In this document: one piece after another, positions 35,749 through 41,193 of the stretch
Layout: each line of letters begins with the position of its first letter
Position numbering within the stretch: position 1 is the stretch's first letter
NCBI GenBank assembly: GCA_964658445.1
Contig: CAZZZH010000008.1
Span: 1-41,193 of the forward strand
Source: Ilyomonas sp.
GTDB taxonomy: Bacteria > Bacteroidota > Bacteroidia > Chitinophagales > Chitinophagaceae
Reading direction: 5' to 3'
DNA length: 41,193 nucleotides
Translations under genes and position numbers: made by a program
The notes under the pieces: generated by a model
Told to the model about the DNA's origin: nothing
The model's input: only the letters and a program-made list of their open reading frames with translations
Database searches by the model: none

Positions 35749-37149
35749 ATGAAACCAGCTTGCTTTTTTTCTTTCGGAAAAACAATCAATCTTGCCCTAA
35801 TTGCAGGTTTATTTGCAATCGCTTCCTGCAACAAAGATTTGAAAGAGACCCCCACTACAGCAACGCAAAGCGATGACAAGCTTGCGCAAATGACCTCACT
35901 TAAAAAAGGAAAGACAAATATTATTCTCTTCCTGGCAGACGACGTTGGCTATGAAGTCCCCGACTATACGGGCGGTAAAAGTTACAGCACGCCTAACCTC
36001 GATAAAATGGCTTCGAGTGGTGTTTTTTTTCAACACGCCTATTCGCATCCGGATGGCTATCCATCACGCTTGGCTTTGTTTACAGGCAAGTACAATTTTA
36101 GAAATTACACGTATTGGGGACATTTTCCGTCCGGTGCAAAGTCGTATAGCAATATGTTGCATGATGCCGGCTATGCAACCTGTTATCTAGGTAAATGGCA
36201 GATGGGCGGTGGCGATGCCGGTATCCATGGTCAGGGTTACGACAGATACAGCGCATATGAAGTAAACACCGGCGAGAGCCAGCGGCAAGGCAGGTATAAA
36301 AATCCGATCATCTTTCAGGATGGCGCATACCTGCCGGATAACTTTACCAAAGGCAAATACTCAGAAGATATTTTTTCGGACTACCTGTGCAACTTTATTG
36401 ATTCGAATAAAAACAAGCCTTTCTATGCAACCTATGCCATGAACCTGGCTGCTGCACCCTATGTGCCAACGCCTGATGATCCTGAATTTGCAACTTGGAA
36501 TACCAACAACGAACAGAGCCATGACGACCCGAAATATTTTGTAAGTATGATCAATTACATGGACAAGATGATCGGAAAAATAATGGCTAAAGTAAAAGCA
36601 GACGGACTTGAAAATAACACTGTCATTATGTTTATTGCCGATAATGCTACCCAGCAGAGAATCACATCAGTTTGGGGCCCAAATAACTTCGTTTTACAGG
36701 GGCAAAAAACACAAACGAACCTTTGGGGTACGCTTGCTCCGCTGGTCGCTTACTGCCCCGGTAAAATTGCGCATAAGATAGATGACCAAACACTGATAGA
36801 CTATACTGATTTTCTGCCAACGTTTGCTGACATTGCCGGTATACCAAAACCTACTACGTATGGCACGCTTGATGGCGTAAGCTTTTATGATAACCTGGTA
36901 AACAAAACCGGCAAAGACAGAAGCTGGGTGTTCTGTCACTGGGATGGTACCATTAACGACACCATACCAAAGGTTCGCTATGTAAACAATATTGAGTATA
37001 AACTGTACGATACACTAAACTACTCACAGTTTTTCGATATGATAAAAGACACTTTCGAAACTTCGCCGATACCGGATGCTTCTCTAACACAACAACAAAA
37101 AATCATCAAAAATCAATTTATAAAGGTTTTGAAGTCAGAGCATAATTAA
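35749..37149 (+). CDS. Sulfatase-like lipoprotein (alkaline phosphatase superfamily) with atypical active site
   Basis: NIILFLADDVG, TPNLD, GYPSR..LFTGKY, GYATCYLGKW, FIADN, DFLPT, LDGVSF; lipobox IASC; -7 TACTTTTG at 35686-35693. Confidence 0.88.
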   Translation: MKPACFFSFGKTINLALIAGLFAIASCNKDLKETPTTATQSDDKLAQMTSLKKGKTNIILFLADDVGYEVPDYTGGKSYSTPNLDKMASSGVFFQHAYSHPDGYPSRLALFTGKYNFRNYTYWGHFPSGAKSYSNMLHDAGYATCYLGKWQMGGGDAGIHGQGYDRYSAYEVNTGESQRQGRYKNPIIFQDGAYLPDNFTKGKYSEDIFSDYLCNFIDSNKNKPFYATYAMNLAAAPYVPTPDDPEFATWNTNNEQSHDDPKYFVSMINYMDKMIGKIMAKVKADGLENNTVIMFIADNATQQRITSVWGPNNFVLQGQKTQTNLWGTLAPLVAYCPGKIAHKIDDQTLIDYTDFLPTFADIAGIPKPTTYGTLDGVSFYDNLVNKTGKDRSWVFCHWDGTINDTIPKVRYVNNIEYKLYDTLNYSQFFDMIKDTFETSPIPDASLTQQQKIIKNQFIKVLKSEHN

Positions 37150-37169
37150 ACATCATTCGCATTGCTGAT

Positions 37170-37205
37170 AAAAGCCTTCCTGCCAGACAGCAGGAAGGCT
37201 TTTTT
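37170..37205 (+). terminator. Intrinsic terminator
   Basis: aaaagccttcctgc-cagaca-gcaggaaggctttttt. Confidence 0.88.
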
Positions 37206-37356
37206 GTTTTTGGCAAACGATGATGATTATTTAAATAACGATGAGTGGGTTATTAAACTGTGCGGATAATCTGGCATTTTTTTAAAAACTAAAACAGGCA
37301 TTTCCTTATCATATTTATAACAGCTTTCTTTCAGCATTATGCCCTAATTTGCTACT

Positions 37357-38799
37357 ATGCGCCGGCAAAGGAATATAGCTTTGTTAATGATAGGAATGAT
37401 GGCTTTTTGCTGCCTGCATTCTATTGCGCAGCCTGTACAATTACCTTCCCTTTTCGACGAGCCGGAAGCGCAAAATGAATATCAAAAAAATTCAGTGTTG
37501 CAAAAGGGCGAAGATCCGGAGGCGAAGATTCGCAAGCTCATTTTTATTAAAACATCGATCAGTAAAAAGGAATGTTATGTTGGCGAGCCAATACTGGTTG
37601 TTTACCAATTGTACACGGCTGTTTCGTGCCATTCAAGAGTAACGAAGCAAGTGGCTTTTAGTGGCTGCAGCGTAATTGAAATGACTTCTGATGAACCGGA
37701 GCAAACCGTAAAGGAAAAAGGTGTTATCTACCGCGTGCAACTAATACGCAGAGTGCAACTGATACCATTGCAGGAAGGCGATTTGGCAATACCGCCGGCA
37801 ACCGTAAACAACGAGGTTTTGTTTTCTGGTTCAGATAATCCTTATGCGCAAAAGCAATATTCATCTGATGTGAGCAGCGAGCCATACAACGTACATGTAG
37901 CTGCATTGCCGGCACCACAACCGGATGATTTCAATGGCATCACTGGTAGGTTTACTATTGTTGCAAAAACAGACAGCACAAGCCTTGCGGCTGGCGAAAA
38001 CAACCGGCTGCAGGTAACAATAACCGGTGCGGGAAACATAGAAGCTGTAACAGAACCAAAAATAAACTGGCCAAAACACAGTGAACATTTTGACCCGACA
38101 GACAGCCAACATATCAACCGGTTGAACTTTCCGGAGAGCGGCGATAAAACATTTATTTTTCCTTTCATTATTACCAAGAAGGGAAAGACAAGTCTGCCGG
38201 AGATTTCGTTTACCTACTTTAATCCAGAGCTAAAAAAATTTGAAACGGTTAGCACAAAAGAAATACCCTTGCTGATAACTGCTGGCTCAAAAAAGAAGAA
38301 TCCGGTTGCGTTGGTAACAGACGATCTTTCTAACGCTGCATATTTATGGTTTGTACCGGCTATTGCGGTTGTCGTCGTTTTGGTTTGGCTGCTTACCAAC
38401 CGTACGCAGAAAAAGCCGCTGCCTGTTGCACCAGCTGTTGTAAAAGAAGTGAAATCCGCAGATTTACAGGAAGAGAAGATGGTGAAGCCTGATTATAAAC
38501 TGCTGCTGACTGCACTGAGCGAAACAGAAGACAACAGGACCTTTTTTACTAATGCAAAAGTGCTGCTGATAAGCGCTTTGCAATACCAGCTATCACCAAA
38601 GCAAGATGATGAAGCGATACTGCTAAACCTGTTAAACAGCAAAGAAGAAAGCCTGGCAAAAGAAGCCCGGCAAATGATATCGGTATGCAACCAGAACCTC
38701 TACTCGCCGGTAGAAGATGAAGCAATAAGAATAAAAATAATTGAGCGCTTAAGCGAGCTCATCGGTCAATTAGAACAGACTCAATCTGTGAACTTATAA
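37357..38799 (+). CDS. BatD-family protein
   Basis: Signal peptide, SKKECYVGEPILVVYQLY, LIPLQEG, VTITGAGNI, FTYFNP, C-terminal TM helix. Confidence 0.8.
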   Translation: MRRQRNIALLMIGMMAFCCLHSIAQPVQLPSLFDEPEAQNEYQKNSVLQKGEDPEAKIRKLIFIKTSISKKECYVGEPILVVYQLYTAVSCHSRVTKQVAFSGCSVIEMTSDEPEQTVKEKGVIYRVQLIRRVQLIPLQEGDLAIPPATVNNEVLFSGSDNPYAQKQYSSDVSSEPYNVHVAALPAPQPDDFNGITGRFTIVAKTDSTSLAAGENNRLQVTITGAGNIEAVTEPKINWPKHSEHFDPTDSQHINRLNFPESGDKTFIFPFIITKKGKTSLPEISFTYFNPELKKFETVSTKEIPLLITAGSKKKNPVALVTDDLSNAAYLWFVPAIAVVVVLVWLLTNRTQKKPLPVAPAVVKEVKSADLQEEKMVKPDYKLLLTALSETEDNRTFFTNAKVLLISALQYQLSPKQDDEAILLNLLNSKEESLAKEARQMISVCNQNLYSPVEDEAIRIKIIERLSELIGQLEQTQSVNL

Positions 38800-39491
38800 C
38801 CCATACCTCTTACCGAGTGAAAGTGAACCGGGTTGCGGCTATCGGGCTCGAAATACTTACGGAAACTAAGAATAAAGTTGTCAATGGTTCTTGTAGTTGG
38901 ATAAACGTTATAACCCCAAACCACCTGCAATATTTTTTCGCGCGTTACCACTTCGCCCTTGTTTTCAATCAGTAGTTTTAAGAGCATCGCTTCTTTCTTG
39001 CTCAGCTCTGTTTTCTGCCCATTCCAGGTAATAGCTTCCTGTGCTTTAAAATCAATTTTATTATTGGCAAATTCATAAGTATCGCCAATAAGTTCTTTGG
39101 TTTGCAGTTTCTTGTTTTTCTGAATGAGTTTGTTTACGCGAAGAATTAGCTCTTCTAAATTAAAAGGCTTCGTCATGTAGTCATCGGCGCCTTTTTTCAA
39201 ACCCAGCACCCGGTCGGCTCCGGTATTTTTTGCACTAAGTATTAAAACCGGCACATCCAGGTGCTGCACGCGTATATTCTCGGTAACAGAAATGCCGTCC
39301 ACTTCGGGCAGCATGATGTCCATTATCACCAGGTCGAAATACTCATTCTGTATAGCTTTCAGCGCCTGCGATCCGGTATAGGCCGAGGTAATGCCGTAGC
39401 CTTCCAATTCTAAATTAAGCTTTAGCGCTTCATGCAGGTTTTCTTCGTCTTCAACCAGTAAAATATTGCCTTTGGTATCTTTTGGTATCAT
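38781..39491 (-). CDS. OmpR/PhoB-family response regulator
   Basis: ILLVEDE, MDIMLPEVDG, GADDYMTKPF, wHTH VWGY...TRTIDNFI...SVRGMGYKF. Confidence 0.95.
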   Translation of the reverse strand: MIPKDTKGNILLVEDEENLHEALKLNLELEGYGITSAYTGSQALKAIQNEYFDLVIMDIMLPEVDGISVTENIRVQHLDVPVLILSAKNTGADRVLGLKKGADDYMTKPFNLEELILRVNKLIQKNKKLQTKELIGDTYEFANNKIDFKAQEAITWNGQKTELSKKEAMLLKLLIENKGEVVTREKILQVVWGYNVYPTTRTIDNFILSFRKYFEPDSRNPVHFHSVRGMGYKFTD

Positions 39492-39509
39492 CGTTATTGT
39501 TTCGGCATT

Positions 39510-40487
39510 TTATATCCGTACTGTAAAAATACTTCCCTTTGGATTATTATCCGTAATCGTTATGTTTCCACCTAAGCTACGCACAATTTGAAAACAAATG
39601 TATAAGCCCAAACCTGTGCCTTTTGTAGTGCGTGTTTCTTCGCTGCCAATGCGGTAAAACTTATCGAAAACTTTCTTTTTTTCTGCAGTGGCAATGCCGA
39701 TGCCTTCATCGGAAACAGATAAAATAACGTGAGCATTTCTTTTATAAAGCTGAACGGAAACCGTGCTCTCTTTATCTGAATATTTGATGGCATTATCCAG
39801 CAAATTGCTGATGAGCATTTGCAGTAAAAAGCTTTCGCCTTTTATCTCAATGCCAGGCTCAATGCGGCTTTGAATGCTTCGTTGCTGAAACCGGCTGCTG
39901 TATTCTTTCACAATTTCTTCTGCCAATTCGCTTATATCGAGCCACTGTTTGTTAACTGAATAAGCGCCGGCTTCCAATTGCGATGCCACCAGAATATTAT
40001 TGGTTAATGAATTGAGACGGTTAGTTTCCTGTAGTGTGTTGCCAATCAGCTTTTGCTGTTGTGCTTCTTCAAGTTTCCGCTTCTGCAGGGTTTCTAAGTT
40101 TAAGCGCGTTATGGCAATAGGTGTTTTAAATTCATGCGTTACTGCCATCATAAAATTCTGTTGCTGCTGCGACAGCCGCAATTGCTTGCGCGTAGCGCGA
40201 AAGACAAATACGGCGCCTACCAAAATCAACAATAAAAAAGTACTTCCTTCGCCAATGTACTGCGATGTCTTTCGGCGTTTTTCATCTTCTATCAACATAA
40301 GCTGCTGCGCAAAACCAACTTGGCTTCTTTCTAGTTGCTCTACACGATAATGATACATTTGATTGTTCTGCCGTTGCAGTTCAAGGTACCAAAACACAAG
40401 CGCTACCACAATATAAACAAGCAGGAACCAGTAGGCAATAGTAATGGTAGCCAACTTGTGTTTTTTTATATTTCTGATGGAAGTCAA
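39510..40487 (-). CDS. Sensor histidine kinase
   Basis: Two TM helices, H-box VTHEFKTP, NLLDNAIKYS, DEGIGI, GTGLGL; TTG 40487 preferred (TACTTTGC at 40552-40559 lies inside the longer ORF). Confidence 0.92.
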   Translation of the reverse strand: MTSIRNIKKHKLATITIAYWFLLVYIVVALVFWYLELQRQNNQMYHYRVEQLERSQVGFAQQLMLIEDEKRRKTSQYIGEGSTFLLLILVGAVFVFRATRKQLRLSQQQQNFMMAVTHEFKTPIAITRLNLETLQKRKLEEAQQQKLIGNTLQETNRLNSLTNNILVASQLEAGAYSVNKQWLDISELAEEIVKEYSSRFQQRSIQSRIEPGIEIKGESFLLQMLISNLLDNAIKYSDKESTVSVQLYKRNAHVILSVSDEGIGIATAEKKKVFDKFYRIGSEETRTTKGTGLGLYICFQIVRSLGGNITITDNNPKGSIFTVRI

Positions 40488-40646
40488 TACACGATTTTTA
40501 TTCGATAAAAAATGAATGAAGTAAGTTGTTGTCTTTACAAAAAAAGCAACTGCAAAGTAACGAGGATAATTGCAACTGTTTGATTGTTGGCAGCGGTATA
40601 GATGCACAATGATGAGCACTTATCTTTGCCTGCTAAATTAAAAAAT

Positions 40647-41165
40647 ATGGAAGGCTTGCGTGTAGCAGAAAGCTTTACGGTGATGAATGAGATTGTATTG
40701 CCAAACGATACAAACACCTATGGCAACCTAATGGGCGGACGATTGATGTACTGGATGGATATTGCGGCTGCGATGGCTGCCGGCAAGCATTGTAAAGGAC
40801 CCAGCATGACGGCGAGCGTAGATAATATTTCTTTTAAAACACCTATTAAGTTGGGTAATCTGGTGCACATAGAAGCCAAGCTGACAAGGGCTTTCAACAC
40901 ATCTATGGAAATTTATCTTCGCGTGTGGGGGCAGGATTACGATCATCAATACGAAAGTAATGAAGCTTACTTTACGTTTGTTGCTTTAGACACCAGCGGC
41001 AAACCGCGGGCTGTGCCGCCTGTAACTCCGGAAACCAAAGAAGAACAGGTGTTGTATGAAAGCGCGCTTCGGAGAAGACAGGTAAGATTGATATTGGGTG
41101 GCAAAATGAAGCCTGATGAAGCCGGTGAGTTAAAGGCATTGTTTCTTTCGCAAACACCAGTTTAG
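40647..41165 (+). CDS. Acyl-CoA thioesterase (hotdog fold, YciA-like)
   Basis: PNDTNTYGNLMGGRLMYWMD, TASVDNISF, NTSMEI, FTFVALD; ATG 40647 follows -7 TATCTTTG at 40621-40628. Confidence 0.93.
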   Translation: MEGLRVAESFTVMNEIVLPNDTNTYGNLMGGRLMYWMDIAAAMAAGKHCKGPSMTASVDNISFKTPIKLGNLVHIEAKLTRAFNTSMEIYLRVWGQDYDHQYESNEAYFTFVALDTSGKPRAVPPVTPETKEEQVLYESALRRRQVRLILGGKMKPDEAGELKALFLSQTPV

Positions 41166-41193
41166 CTTATCTATCAGTGTCGATGAATGATGA

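Noticed and set aside
38781-38799. 19-bp convergent overlap between the BatD-family gene and the response regulator
   Set aside because: Short 3' overlaps of convergent genes are common; no sign of truncation
862-41157. The many other short ORFs in the six-frame track
   Set aside because: They lie antisense or out of frame within well-supported genes and show no family motifs

Overview
A gene-dense chromosomal window from a Bacteroidota bacterium, probably Chitinophagaceae-like. This is inferred from TAnnTTTG-type -7 promoters, a type IX secretion C-terminal domain, a BatD-family gene and signal peptides followed by Gln. Most genes are housekeeping or envelope functions: the 5' part of rluD, an aldo/keto reductase, HlyC/CorC, a ClC transporter, tRNA-Arg(UCU), ung, a GH15 hydrolase, a MarR-MFS-hydrolase operon, a large PKD-repeat T9SS protein, a PQQ dehydrogenase with cytochrome c, hisC, a sigma54 activator, a sulfatase-like lipoprotein, a two-component pair and an acyl-CoA thioesterase. 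The standout is a two-gene operon at 5198-10394. It pairs a protein fusing a degenerate Sir2-like domain to an intact-looking TIR domain with an effector-less nSTAND1-type NTPase carrying about 22-23 TPRs, suggesting a split NLR-like (Avs-like) defence system. Secondary points are an ECF sigma / beta-barrel anti-sigma / LVIVD lipoprotein module with a duplicated promoter motif, a sulfatase with Gly at the nucleophile position, and a secreted His-rich peptide with an ECF-type promoter. No integrase, transposase, prophage or CRISPR array was seen. All family calls come from motif reading by eye, not database searches.
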